Positions 15,491-24,698 of a stretch of DNA of 42,706 nt are shown here, piece by piece. A program made the position numbers and the translations under genes. The DNA comes from Staphylococcus virus IME1354_01. Under the pieces are notes generated by a model. The model did not search any database, had not been told where the DNA came from, and saw nothing but the letters and a program-made list of their open reading frames with translations. The DNA is taken from the sequence record KY653126.1; one strand, written 5' to 3'. How positions within the stretch are numbered: position 1 is the first letter of the stretch; every line of letters begins with the position of its first letter.

Positions 15491-16015
15491 ATGACAAACA
15501 CATTACAAATAAAACTACTAAGCGACAACGCAACAATGCCAGAACGTCATCATGATACAGATGCCGGTTATGACATATACGCAGCAGAAACAGTGATACT
15601 TGAACCACAACAGAAAGCATTAGTTGCTACTGATCTAGCAGTGAATATTCCTAAAGGCTATGTGGGATTACTAACAAGTAGAAGTGGTGTAAGTAGTAAG
15701 ACACATCTTGTAGTTGAGACAGGGAAGATTGATGCAGGATTTCAAGGTCATATGAGGATTAATGTTAAGAATGACTTTATACCAATTAAAAAAAGAAAGA
15801 AAACCGAGGCGTACTTTAATGTTGAAGGTAAAGGAGTTCTAGATTTAAAGAGTGATAAGAAATACAAACTTCGAACATACCAAATCAACAAAGGCGACCG
15901 ACTAGCACAGTTAGTTATCGTGCCTATATACACACCAGAGTTAGAGACAGTTAAGGAGTTTAGTAATGAATCAGCAAGAGGAGAAAAAGGGTGGGGTTCT
16001 AGTGGAACAAGATAA
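15491..16015 (+). CDS. dut: Trimeric dUTPase with phage-type extra motif insertion
   Basis: Canonical dUTPase motifs are DAGYDIYA, GLLTSRSGVSSKTHL, GKIDAGFQGHMRINVKN and RGEKGWGSSG. An extra segment of about 40 aa lies between motifs III/IV and V. Confidence 0.9.
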   Translation: MTNTLQIKLLSDNATMPERHHDTDAGYDIYAAETVILEPQQKALVATDLAVNIPKGYVGLLTSRSGVSSKTHLVVETGKIDAGFQGHMRINVKNDFIPIKKRKKTEAYFNVEGKGVLDLKSDKKYKLRTYQINKGDRLAQLVIVPIYTPELETVKEFSNESARGEKGWGSSGTR

Positions 16016-16062
16016 AGATATCGTTGAACGTGTACGAATAATATTAGGCAAGGAGTGAGGCA

Positions 16063-16215
16063 ATGCAATTCCTAGTACGCAAGACACACCACACAACAGG
16101 TGAAGTATTCTTTGATGTAACTAGAGCTAAGGATAATGAAGAATTCATTGTAGTGGAAGCAGAGAATAAGGAAGATGCAAAAGAGAAGGTTAAACATAAG
16201 GAGGACGACCAATGA
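16063..16215 (+). CDS. Small 50-aa ORF (not in track)
   Basis: It has RBS GGAGTGAGG, and its stop overlaps the next ATG (ATGA). Confidence 0.35.
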   Translation: MQFLVRKTHHTTGEVFFDVTRAKDNEEFIVVEAENKEDAKEKVKHKEDDQ

Positions 16216-16340
16216 AACAAATACTCAAACTATTATTAACACTTGCACTCTATGAACTAAGTAAAGAGATCACATACGAAATCATTTGTCGTATGCAAGC
16301 GAATGATATGGTGCCAAAAGATTATGAGGAGGAGAAGTAA
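16212..16340 (+). CDS. Small 42-aa ORF (not in track)
   Basis: It is chained by ATGA/TAATG overlaps between the neighbouring ORFs. Confidence 0.3.
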   Translation: MKQILKLLLTLALYELSKEITYEIICRMQANDMVPKDYEEEK

Positions 16341-16567
16341 TGAGTAATTTAATAAATCAAATATATGTAATTGAAACTAAAGATGGTCGTTTTTACGAGA
16401 AAGAAGTTGAAATGTATGCTGACGACGAAGTAATAAACACAGTGTTAAAAGTGGTTGCCAAATTATCCGAAGCAAAAAGATTTTCAGATTATAAAGAAGC
16501 AAATGAGATTGCGCTTGCTTATGGTTTCAATGTGTTAGCACTCAATACTTATTTAGAAGAGGTGTAG
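16340..16567 (+). CDS. Hypothetical 75-aa protein
   Basis: The ORF has RBS GGAGGAG. Confidence 0.5.
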   Translation: MSNLINQIYVIETKDGRFYEKEVEMYADDEVINTVLKVVAKLSEAKRFSDYKEANEIALAYGFNVLALNTYLEEV

Positions 16568-16571
16568 TTAT

Positions 16572-16796
16572 ATGTGGATTATTATATCAATCTTATCAGG
16601 ATGTATAACAATACTTACGCTTATCTACAATTCAATTAAGGATTCTAAGATAGATGCACTGGAATATGAAGTAGCTTATCTACTCGATATTATATTCAAT
16701 GATCATGGCGATGTTGTATTGAGGTTGAAAGATAATGAATTAACGGATGAAGAAGTTAGAGAGATAAAAGACGCATGGGATAAACGTATGAAATAA
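16572..16796 (+). CDS. Small membrane protein (74 aa, N-terminal TM)
   Basis: The N-terminus MWIIISILSGCITILTLIY is hydrophobic. Confidence 0.5.
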   Translation: MWIIISILSGCITILTLIYNSIKDSKIDALEYEVAYLLDIIFNDHGDVVLRLKDNELTDEEVREIKDAWDKRMK

Positions 16797-16809
16797 CTGG
16801 AGGTAGTAT

Positions 16810-17205
16810 ATGTACAGTGAATTAGAAGTAAGACAATTAATTACAGGCTATCATTGGCGTGTGAATCTGCTAGAACATAAGGTGTATGAGTATGACAGTA
16901 CATCTACTGGGCAGTATGGTATAGAAGCAGCAATGCCTAAAGGACAAGGACAGACTGGGGATAAGGTGTTGGTTAGAGTTATACGTAATGATAAGGATAA
17001 GAAACATTCACAGAAGTTAATAGATGAAATAGAGTTTGTTGATAAGCGTGAGCATTATATTACGAATGATAAAAATTATCACATACTGCAGTTGCTTAAG
17101 CAGGGCGAGACCATCAAGACTATAGAAAGGCTATTAGGTATAAGTAGAAGAAGTATATATAGTCGAATAGACAAGATAGTGGAAACATATATGAAACATC
17201 AATAA
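16810..17205 (+). CDS. Putative late-gene transcriptional activator (RinA/LtrC/ArpU superfamily-like, C-terminal HTH)
   Basis: The C-terminal HTH is TIKTIERLLGISRRSIYSRIDKI. It is the last early-strand gene before a 170-bp noncoding gap and the packaging module. Confidence 0.45.
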   Translation: MYSELEVRQLITGYHWRVNLLEHKVYEYDSTSTGQYGIEAAMPKGQGQTGDKVLVRVIRNDKDKKHSQKLIDEIEFVDKREHYITNDKNYHILQLLKQGETIKTIERLLGISRRSIYSRIDKIVETYMKHQ

Positions 17206-17221
17206 CCATGCACATATTGCA

Positions 17222-17255
17222 CACATTGCACAGTTTACACACTATTAGGTACATT
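17222..17255 (+). promoter_or_regulatory. Direct repeats ATTGCACA(CATTGCACA)…TTACACAC upstream of the packaging operon, candidate activator site and late promoter region
   Basis: The sequence reads cacatATTGCACACATTGCACAgtttacacac, and a TATATAAT box at 17268-17275 has no good -35 element. Confidence 0.35.
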
Positions 17256-17407
17256 ACTAAGGTAAGGTATATAATATGGATATACGCAAGTTGGATATAA
17301 CTTTAGAGGTGTTAGTCCAATGGTATGTAATACAAATACTATATTATGATTAATTTGCAGGCACATCACATTGAGTGGTGTGTCTTTCTTATATGGAGGT
17401 AAGCAAA

Positions 17408-18142
17408 GTGAAACTTGTTATTGTGTATGGTGCGCCTATGAGTGGTAAGACAACATACGTTAATGAACAATTAACTAATGAAGATATTGTGTATGACTAT
17501 GATGCTTTAGCAAAGACTATCACTAATAGTGAATACCAACAATACAATGACAATGCACACAATCTATTACTTACTCTAAGAGATAGCATGATTGATTATG
17601 CCAAGTGGAATGATAAAGGAACTATGTACATCATTACGACATTCTTATCTAAAGTAATACTTAATAGACTTAAGACATTATCTATAGAAGCGAAGTACAT
17701 CAAGATGGATGTAGATATAAATACTTGTCTTAAACGTTTGTACGAAACAGACAGACACGATGCACATGAGGTTGAAGAAGTCATACATGATTGGTATGCA
17801 AGACATGATAATAAACCAGCAAGTGATCGTGTTGTTGATAAGGAGACAATGCGTTTCTACAAATCTAAAGCATGGCGTGATACAAGGCTACAAGTATTAA
17901 AAAGAGATAACTATGAATGCCAACATTGCAAGGCACAAGGTAAAGTGACAACTATTGATAAGAGCAAACATAAATCATTAGATGTTGACCATATAAAAGA
18001 GTTGGATACACATCCAAATTTAGCATATGACATGGACAATTTGGTTACATTGTGTGTGTCTTGTCATAATCGCAAACACAATCGGAACTACAATCGATGG
18101 AATCGCAAGCCTAATAAATGGGATGGAGATGAAAAATGGTAA
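17408..18142 (+). CDS. HNH endonuclease fused to an N-terminal P-loop NTPase/kinase-like domain (packaging-associated HNH)
   Basis: The N-terminus has Walker A VIVYGAPMSGKTTYV, and the C-terminus has the HNH motif YECQHCK...LDVDHIKEL...NLVTLCVSCHNRKHN. It sits immediately upstream of the cos region and terS. The GTG at 17408 after GGAGGT is the likely start. Confidence 0.75.
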   Translation: MKLVIVYGAPMSGKTTYVNEQLTNEDIVYDYDALAKTITNSEYQQYNDNAHNLLLTLRDSMIDYAKWNDKGTMYIITTFLSKVILNRLKTLSIEAKYIKMDVDINTCLKRLYETDRHDAHEVEEVIHDWYARHDNKPASDRVVDKETMRFYKSKAWRDTRLQVLKRDNYECQHCKAQGKVTTIDKSKHKSLDVDHIKELDTHPNLAYDMDNLVTLCVSCHNRKHNRNYNRWNRKPNKWDGDEKW

Positions 18143-18313
18143 TTGTGTTTTTCGTGAATACAAAAACCTAAACAATTGTCCTCCCCGGGTGGAAACAAAT
18201 TGGTTTTGTCCACGTGAGGAAGAAACGGCGAAGAAGGTCCCGATTGCTTAACCGTAAAAATAAAACATTACATAACCCCCTACGGGTATATTGGTACGAA
18301 ATGAGGTGAAAAA
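18143..18313. other. Putative cos site region (locally GC-rich, between hnh and terS)
   Basis: In an AT-rich genome it carries gtcctccccgggtgg, gaaacggcgaagaaggtcccg and taaccccctacggg. The location matches cos in HNH-dependent cos phages. Confidence 0.4.
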
Positions 18314-18670
18314 ATGAAAATTAGCGACAATGACAAGCAAGTAATTAAAGAACGCAAGCGATTGCTCGAAATATACAAAGATATTCCTGAAGATAAGTTA
18401 AAAGTCGCAGAAGGATTGATAATTCAAGCTGCAAGATTAAGGATAATGCTCGATTATATGTGGAAAGATATACAAGAAAACGGAGAATATGCAATGTTCC
18501 AACAAACGGATAAAGCTCCACCATATGAAAGAGAACGCCCTGTTGCTCGATTGTATACGACGAGAGATCAATCTTACCAAAGAGTAATTAAACAATTATC
18601 TGATTTACTGCCTAAAGAAAACAAAGAAGAAGATAACAAAAAAAGAAGAACGTCGAGTGATTTATTATGA
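18314..18670 (+). CDS. terS: Terminase small subunit (P27-family-like)
   Basis: The 118-aa product lies immediately upstream of terL and is coupled to it, and has a basic C-terminus. Confidence 0.7.
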   Translation: MKISDNDKQVIKERKRLLEIYKDIPEDKLKVAEGLIIQAARLRIMLDYMWKDIQENGEYAMFQQTDKAPPYERERPVARLYTTRDQSYQRVIKQLSDLLPKENKEEDNKKRRTSSDLL

Positions 18671-20298
18671 AGATAGTAGATGAAGTACAACAATACATTG
18701 AACAGTGGCAAAAAGGTTATATTAAATTTAATAAAGAACGAAGGATGTTGGTCGAACATCTTAAAAAATACGTATTTAACAGAGATGATATTTACTTTGA
18801 TGAAAGGCATATAAAAAATTGTATTAGTTTCATCGAGAAGTATTATTTTAAATTAAATAGTTTTCAAAAATTCCTGATAGCGTTTATTTTCTTAAAATAC
18901 AAAGAAGATGACGCGCTTTTTTATGAACAATTTTTTATTATGATGGCAAGAGGTGCTGGTAAAAATGGTTTAATCAGTGGACTTAGTCATTATTTCATTA
19001 GTGGTTTGCATGGAATTAACCATTACAACATTTCGGTTGTTGCAACATCAGAAGAACAAGCTAAAACATCATTCGAAGAAATATTCAACTGTATTAAAGA
19101 GAATGAATTAGATGATGTTTTTGATAATCGTAAAGCACACATCACTGCATACGATACAGGTTCGTATATCAAATATCGTACATCAAACGCAAGTACAAAG
19201 GATGGACTACGTGATGGTTGCGTTATATACGATGAGGTTGCAGCGTATGAAAATTGGGATACGGTAAATGTGTTTAGTTCTGGATTAGGTAAAGTCAAAC
19301 ATCCACGTGAATTTTTTATCAGTACTGATGGTTTCGTACGAGACGGTTTTATCGACAAGATGAAAGAACGGTCAATGGAAATTTTAAAAGGTGAAGAGTT
19401 GGACGATCCGATGTTTCCATTCATTTGCAGATTAGATGACCCTAAAGAAGTAGACGACAAAGAAATGTGGGAGAAAGCTAATCCGATGTTCTGTGAACCA
19501 CGTACTGAATACGCAAAAGGTCTTTTTAGAAAAGTGTTAATTCAATATAAGCAACTACCAAACAATCCTTCAAACAGACCCGAATTTATGACTAAACGTA
19601 TGAACTTACCAGAAGTAGATTTATCTCTCTCTATCGCTCAATGGGAAGATATATTGGCTACAAATAAACGCATTCCTCCATTAGATCATCATACATGTGT
19701 AGGTGGATTAGACTTTGCAGATATAAGAGACTTTGCAAGTGTGGGATTGTTATTTAAAGAAGGCGATGAATACATTTGGAAGTCACACTCGTTTGTTAGA
19801 AAGGGTTTCTTAGAAAATGTAAGATTGAAAGCACCAATACATGAATGGGAAGAAAAAGGATTATTAACAATTCTTGATGAGCCTGTTATTGATATCCATC
19901 ACATTGTAGATTGGTTTAAAGAAATGAGAGAAAAATACAATCTGACTGTAATATGCGCAGATATGTATAGATTAGATATTGTAAAACAACAACTTGAAAA
20001 AGAGGGCTTCCAATTTATATATGTTAGAAATCCAAAATCAATCCAATCTATCTTAGCACCGCGTGTTGAAACGTTGTTTAGCCAACATAAAGTTGTTTAC
20101 GGAGACAATCCATTAATGCGGTGGTATACAAACAACGTTCAAGTAACTGTAAAAAAAGATGGTAATAAAATTTACGAGAAAAAAGATGAAGTCAGACGTA
20201 AAACTGATGGATTTCAAGCCTTTATACATGCTTTGTGGATAGCAGATACGTATTTAAAAGATGAAGAACACTTCATAATGGCTGACATCGATTTTTAG
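18667..20298 (+). CDS. terL: Terminase large subunit
   Basis: The 543-aa product has an N-terminal ATPase region (MMARGAGKNG, VIYDEVAAYE) and a C-terminal nuclease region. Confidence 0.85.
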   Translation: MKIVDEVQQYIEQWQKGYIKFNKERRMLVEHLKKYVFNRDDIYFDERHIKNCISFIEKYYFKLNSFQKFLIAFIFLKYKEDDALFYEQFFIMMARGAGKNGLISGLSHYFISGLHGINHYNISVVATSEEQAKTSFEEIFNCIKENELDDVFDNRKAHITAYDTGSYIKYRTSNASTKDGLRDGCVIYDEVAAYENWDTVNVFSSGLGKVKHPREFFISTDGFVRDGFIDKMKERSMEILKGEELDDPMFPFICRLDDPKEVDDKEMWEKANPMFCEPRTEYAKGLFRKVLIQYKQLPNNPSNRPEFMTKRMNLPEVDLSLSIAQWEDILATNKRIPPLDHHTCVGGLDFADIRDFASVGLLFKEGDEYIWKSHSFVRKGFLENVRLKAPIHEWEEKGLLTILDEPVIDIHHIVDWFKEMREKYNLTVICADMYRLDIVKQQLEKEGFQFIYVRNPKSIQSILAPRVETLFSQHKVVYGDNPLMRWYTNNVQVTVKKDGNKIYEKKDEVRRKTDGFQAFIHALWIADTYLKDEEHFIMADIDF

Positions 20299-20309
20299 GA
20301 GGTGAGAAT

Positions 20310-21476
20310 TTGAGTATATTTGACAAAATAATGGGAAGAAATTCTGCAATTGAATTTTCATATGATTTAGAACTTGTTAGAGAAACTTCCAACAAAGCCT
20401 ACATAAAACGTTGGGCGTTAGACACATGTATCAATCACATTGCTAGGACAATAAGTCAAACAAAGTTTGAAATTATAGATGGTGAAACTAAAGATAATTC
20501 TTCTACAACACATTATAAATTGAATGTTAGACCAAATACTGATGAAAGTGCAGCTACATTTTGGCAAAAAGTTATTCGAAAGTTAATTTATGATAATGAA
20601 GTATTAATTGTAGTTACCGATTCTAAAGATTTAATAATTGCCGATGATTTTGTTCGTGAAGAATATGCTTTATATGATGATATTTTTAAAAATGTTATGT
20701 TAGGTGAGTTTGAATTTGAAAGAAACTTTAAAATGAGTGAAGTTATTTATTTAGAATACAACAATGAATCTATTACCAATATGTTGATGGGATTATTTAA
20801 AGATTACGGTGATATTTTTGGTCGTGTTCTTACTTATAATATGATGAGTAATCAAATAAGAGGGACAGTAGAAATGGACGCAACATTAGCTTTAAATGAA
20901 GCTTCAAACGAAAGTATGCAGAGGTTTATTAATAAGACATATGAAGCATTTAGCAAAAATGATGTAGCAGTTGTACCAATGCAAAAAGGATATTCATACA
21001 AGGAACATTCTAACAGTAATGGGTCGAAAACATCTTCACAGATTGATGACTTAGCAAAAGTTCCTAATCAACTATTGAGTTATGTAGCACGTAACTTAGG
21101 AATTCCCGTAGGGCTTATAAACGGTGATACGGCCGATATAGAAGCAATGACGGATAACTACATGAAATTTTGTATCAAACCTATTATTGAAAAGATTACG
21201 GATGAGTTAAACGCCAAGTTGTTCAGTGAGCGTGGTTATAAAGAAGGTAAACGAATTAAAGCTATATCTATAGACCAAAAAGGACCATTAGAAGTGAGTG
21301 AAGCGATAGACAAACTCATTGCTAGTGGTTCTTTTAATAGAGACGAAATTCGTGAGCTAACTGGCTACGAACCTATTGGAAGCGAAGAAATGCAGAAGTT
21401 TATCATCACTAAAAACTATCAAACTGTGGAGGAAGAATTCACAGGAAATCATGAAGGAGGTGATATAGATGAGTAA
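20310..21476 (+). CDS. Portal protein
   Basis: The 388-aa product is in the canonical position after terL, with a TTG start after GGAGGTGAG. Confidence 0.8.
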   Translation: MSIFDKIMGRNSAIEFSYDLELVRETSNKAYIKRWALDTCINHIARTISQTKFEIIDGETKDNSSTTHYKLNVRPNTDESAATFWQKVIRKLIYDNEVLIVVTDSKDLIIADDFVREEYALYDDIFKNVMLGEFEFERNFKMSEVIYLEYNNESITNMLMGLFKDYGDIFGRVLTYNMMSNQIRGTVEMDATLALNEASNESMQRFINKTYEAFSKNDVAVVPMQKGYSYKEHSNSNGSKTSSQIDDLAKVPNQLLSYVARNLGIPVGLINGDTADIEAMTDNYMKFCIKPIIEKITDELNAKLFSERGYKEGKRIKAISIDQKGPLEVSEAIDKLIASGSFNRDEIRELTGYEPIGSEEMQKFIITKNYQTVEEEFTGNHEGGDIDE

Positions 21477-22257
21477 TAACGAAATCGATATTTACGGTTT
21501 TATTGATTCAATGACAGTCGAAGGTATGACGATTAGCCCACAAACAGTTAAAGATCAACTGAAAGAAATGAGCGATGAAAAAGAAATTATCGTGAATATA
21601 AACAGTCAGGGTGGTGATGTGTTTAGTGGAGTTGCTATATATAATATGCTTCGTCGTCAAAACGCCCATATCACCGTAAATATTGATGGTTTGGCAGCAT
21701 CGATTGCTTCAGTCATTGCTATGGCTGGTGACACAGTTAATATGCCAAATAATGCAGTACTAATGATTCATAACGCGTGGACGAATGTAACGGGAGATTC
21801 AAATGAATTTAAAAAACAAGCCGATTCATTAGAAAGAATCAATTCTGTTGTGTTTAACAGTTACATCGATAAAAATCCTGATATTGATCATGCGCTTCTA
21901 CGTCAGTATATGGACGAAGAAACATGGTTTACAGCTAAAGAAGCAGAAGAATTAGGGTTAATCGATAATATAACTGAAAGTACACGTGTTGCGGCTGCAA
22001 CAACATCAGTCTTACTAGGAGGTGACAACAATATGTCAAAACATTATAGAAATGAAGGTCCAGGTGAGCCACAAGAACCTAAAAAACAAGGTGAAGAAAT
22101 TACTGTTGAAGATGTGATGGATAAATTAGAAGAAATCTTGGCAGAAATTAAAAAAGTTTCTGACAAAGACGGTGAAGGTTCAGAACCTAAAAAACCTGAA
22201 CCAAATGAACCACCTCAAAACAGTTTTGCAAGATTATTTAATATGCAAACAAAATAA
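21469..22257 (+). CDS. Prohead protease, ClpP family
   Basis: ClpP-like motifs are INSQGGDVFSGVAIYNMLRR and IDGLAASIASVIAMAGD (Ser-His catalytic region). Confidence 0.85.
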   Translation: MSNNEIDIYGFIDSMTVEGMTISPQTVKDQLKEMSDEKEIIVNINSQGGDVFSGVAIYNMLRRQNAHITVNIDGLAASIASVIAMAGDTVNMPNNAVLMIHNAWTNVTGDSNEFKKQADSLERINSVVFNSYIDKNPDIDHALLRQYMDEETWFTAKEAEELGLIDNITESTRVAAATTSVLLGGDNNMSKHYRNEGPGEPQEPKKQGEEITVEDVMDKLEEILAEIKKVSDKDGEGSEPKKPEPNEPPQNSFARLFNMQTK

Positions 22258-22271
22258 ACAATAAAAGGAGA

Positions 22272-23492
22272 ATGAAAACTATGGCAATTGATTTAGAAAA
22301 CAGAGAGCAATTCCAAAACTCACAAGAATTGTTAAAGCAATTTTCAAATATGAGTCCGAATGCATCGGATGAACAAGTAAAGGAAAAGTATACAGAATAC
22401 ATGAATGCATATAGCGAAGATTTAGCTAATGCTATTCGTAAGGATATGCAAAATGAACAAGGTGACAATGCAGTGTTAAACGCACGCAAAGTTAATCGTT
22501 TAACTAACGAAGAAAAGAAATTCTACAACGCATTAGTTTCTGAAGATCATGTTAATACTGATACAAACTGGAAAGATGGTGAATTATTACCAGAAACAGT
22601 TATTGACCGTATCTTCGAAGATATTGAATCAGAACACCCATTATTACAACATATCAACATCAACCGTACAGGATTAAAAGCACGTGTAATTCGTTCTGTG
22701 CCTGAAGGACAGGTTGTATGGGGTAAAGTGTTCGGAGAAATCCGTGGACAACTTGAAGCTACTTTCTATGAACAAGACGTTTCATTAGGTAAAGCTACAG
22801 CGTTTGTTGTTGTTCCTAAAGATTTAAAAGATGCTGGTGTACAATGGGTTGACCGTTATGTACGCGCGCAAATCAAAGAAGCTTTTGCAGTAGCAATTGA
22901 AAAAACTGCAGTTGTTGGTGAAGGTGCTGCTAAAGACCAACCAGTAGGATTAATGAAAGAAATTAACCGTACAAACGGTGCTGTTTCAGATAAAGCAGTA
23001 GCTGGTACTTTAACTTTAGCTGATGCAGATAAATCAATTTCTGAAATTGGTGGCGTGATTAAGAACTTATCAACTAAAGAATACTACGACAAAGACGGTA
23101 ATGTTAAGAAATCTAAAGGTGCTAGCGTACTTAACAATGTAGTTATCGCATTAAACCCTGCAGATTACATTTACACTGGTGTAGCGTTCATGCAGTTACA
23201 CAATGGTCAATTTGTTAGCCCAATTCCATTTAACGTAACATTTGAACAATCTGAATTTGTACCTGCTGGTAAAGCAGTAGCATTTGATAAAACACGTTAC
23301 AATTTCTATGCTGGTAGCGAGGTTATTGTACGTGAATTTGACCAAACATTAGCATTAGAAGATATGGATCTTTATACTGCAAAACAATTCTTATATGCAG
23401 AGCCTGACGATAATAAAACTTCATTCGTATATGATGTAGACTTTTCAAGTTTAGGTTCTACTGATAATGCATCAGTTACACCAGAAGCATAA
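22272..23492 (+). CDS. Major capsid protein (HK97-like)
   Basis: The 406-aa product follows the protease. Its N-terminal segment of about 100 aa looks like a scaffold-like delta domain. Confidence 0.8.
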   Translation: MKTMAIDLENREQFQNSQELLKQFSNMSPNASDEQVKEKYTEYMNAYSEDLANAIRKDMQNEQGDNAVLNARKVNRLTNEEKKFYNALVSEDHVNTDTNWKDGELLPETVIDRIFEDIESEHPLLQHININRTGLKARVIRSVPEGQVVWGKVFGEIRGQLEATFYEQDVSLGKATAFVVVPKDLKDAGVQWVDRYVRAQIKEAFAVAIEKTAVVGEGAAKDQPVGLMKEINRTNGAVSDKAVAGTLTLADADKSISEIGGVIKNLSTKEYYDKDGNVKKSKGASVLNNVVIALNPADYIYTGVAFMQLHNGQFVSPIPFNVTFEQSEFVPAGKAVAFDKTRYNFYAGSEVIVREFDQTLALEDMDLYTAKQFLYAEPDDNKTSFVYDVDFSSLGSTDNASVTPEA

Positions 23493-23508
23493 TAAGGAGG
23501 TTTTATAA

Positions 23509-23679
23509 ATGGCAGAGTATAAAGTGCTAAAATCTTATAAAGATAAGCAATTAGATAAAAAATTAAAAAAGAACGAAAAAGTAGAAATGACTGTCAAACG
23601 TGCTGATGAAGTTGAAGAAATTTTAAAAGCAAATGGTTTTGACGGTCCTTTTTTAGAACGAATTAAAGAGAAGAAGTGA
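23509..23679 (+). CDS. Small 56-aa K-rich protein after capsid gene (not in track)
   Basis: An ATG follows RBS AAGGAGG (MAEYKVLKSYKDKQLDKKLKK...). Confidence 0.45.
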   Translation: MAEYKVLKSYKDKQLDKKLKKNEKVEMTVKRADEVEEILKANGFDGPFLERIKEKK

Positions 23680-23684
23680 TGTAA

Positions 23685-23972
23685 ATGATTACTTCAGAAC
23701 ATGTTGAAGAATTTAAAGCACGTAATCGTATTTTTTATGATATGGAAGATGAACGCATTAAACGTGATTTAGAAATGTCGTATGAAGATATAAAACGGAA
23801 ATGCGGTAATTTTTCAATGAAAGATATTTCGCTTGGTCGTGAATTGGTATATGAACGTACAAGATATGTATTCAATGATAAATTAGAAGAATTTCACGAT
23901 AATTTTTTATCGAGCATTGTCCAACTTCAAATAATCAATATGGAGGTGCCAGAAGATGGCACAACAACGTAG
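23685..23972 (+). CDS. Head-tail connector (gp6-like)
   Basis: The assignment rests on position and a size of 95 aa. Confidence 0.55.
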   Translation: MITSEHVEEFKARNRIFYDMEDERIKRDLEMSYEDIKRKCGNFSMKDISLGRELVYERTRYVFNDKLEEFHDNFLSSIVQLQIINMEVPEDGTTT

Positions 23973-24306
23973 ACAAGTAGTAACTGGTGGAGAAATGCGC
24001 ACACCGGTTATTTTTTATATCGCAAAACCAAGTGATGATTTCTTGCCAGGTGAATCTGTGAGCGAAGTTTATTATAAATGTTTTGCGAATGTTTATCCTC
24101 CTTCTCAAAAAGACTTGGACATGACAGATAATAAAGCAAGTATAACGATGGTGACATGGTATCCAATGGGTAAGGAAATCATTGACGATATGTACTTTGA
24201 AATTGACTTACCTAGATATAAAGGTAAACATTTCAATATTGTACAAATTGATGATGATACAGATTACCACATGAATATTAAAATTATTGGAGAATACTCA
24301 AAATGA
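23956..24306 (+). CDS. Head closure / head-tail adaptor protein
   Basis: The assignment rests on position and a size of 116 aa. Confidence 0.5.
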   Translation: MAQQRRQVVTGGEMRTPVIFYIAKPSDDFLPGESVSEVYYKCFANVYPPSQKDLDMTDNKASITMVTWYPMGKEIIDDMYFEIDLPRYKGKHFNIVQIDDDTDYHMNIKIIGEYSK

Positions 24307-24698
24307 GTGTAGAAATAGAAGGTACGCATCAAATGTTACGTAAAATCGGCGAGAAGTATGGGGAAGCTAAGATGCTTAAAGCTCAAGACAAGGCTTTAAA
24401 TAACGGGGCTAAGTATTTTACATCTGTATTGAAAAGTAATTTTGAAGTCTTTAGAGATACAGGTGCAAGTATAGGTGAAATAACCGTTACGGACCCATAT
24501 TTCATTCATGGCAATACACGTATAGTTAAAGTTCATTGGGAAGGTGCTCGAAACCGTTATTCCATTATTCACATAAACGAATGGGGTTCGGTTAAAAAAC
24601 CTAATCCACGAGGTAAAGGTGCGATTGCTAGAACAATGTTCACAACAGAAATGCCATATAGATCAATTATAAAAGAAACGTTAGAAGGTGAACTGTAA
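24303..24698 (+). CDS. Tail component (HK97 gp10-like)
   Basis: The assignment rests on position and size. Confidence 0.45.
   Translation: MSVEIEGTHQMLRKIGEKYGEAKMLKAQDKALNNGAKYFTSVLKSNFEVFRDTGASIGEITVTDPYFIHGNTRIVKVHWEGARNRYSIIHINEWGSVKKPNPRGKGAIARTMFTTEMPYRSIIKETLEGEL

Noticed and set aside
17206-17374. Possible tRNA or ncRNA in the 170-bp gap
   Set aside because: I saw no cloverleaf-compatible acceptor/T-arm pattern, and the region is better explained as a late promoter and activator site.
18027-18251. 74-aa plus-strand ORF spanning the end of the HNH gene and the putative cos region
   Set aside because: It overlaps the HNH gene out of frame by about 115 nt and has no RBS. The intergenic part is better explained as the cos or regulatory region.
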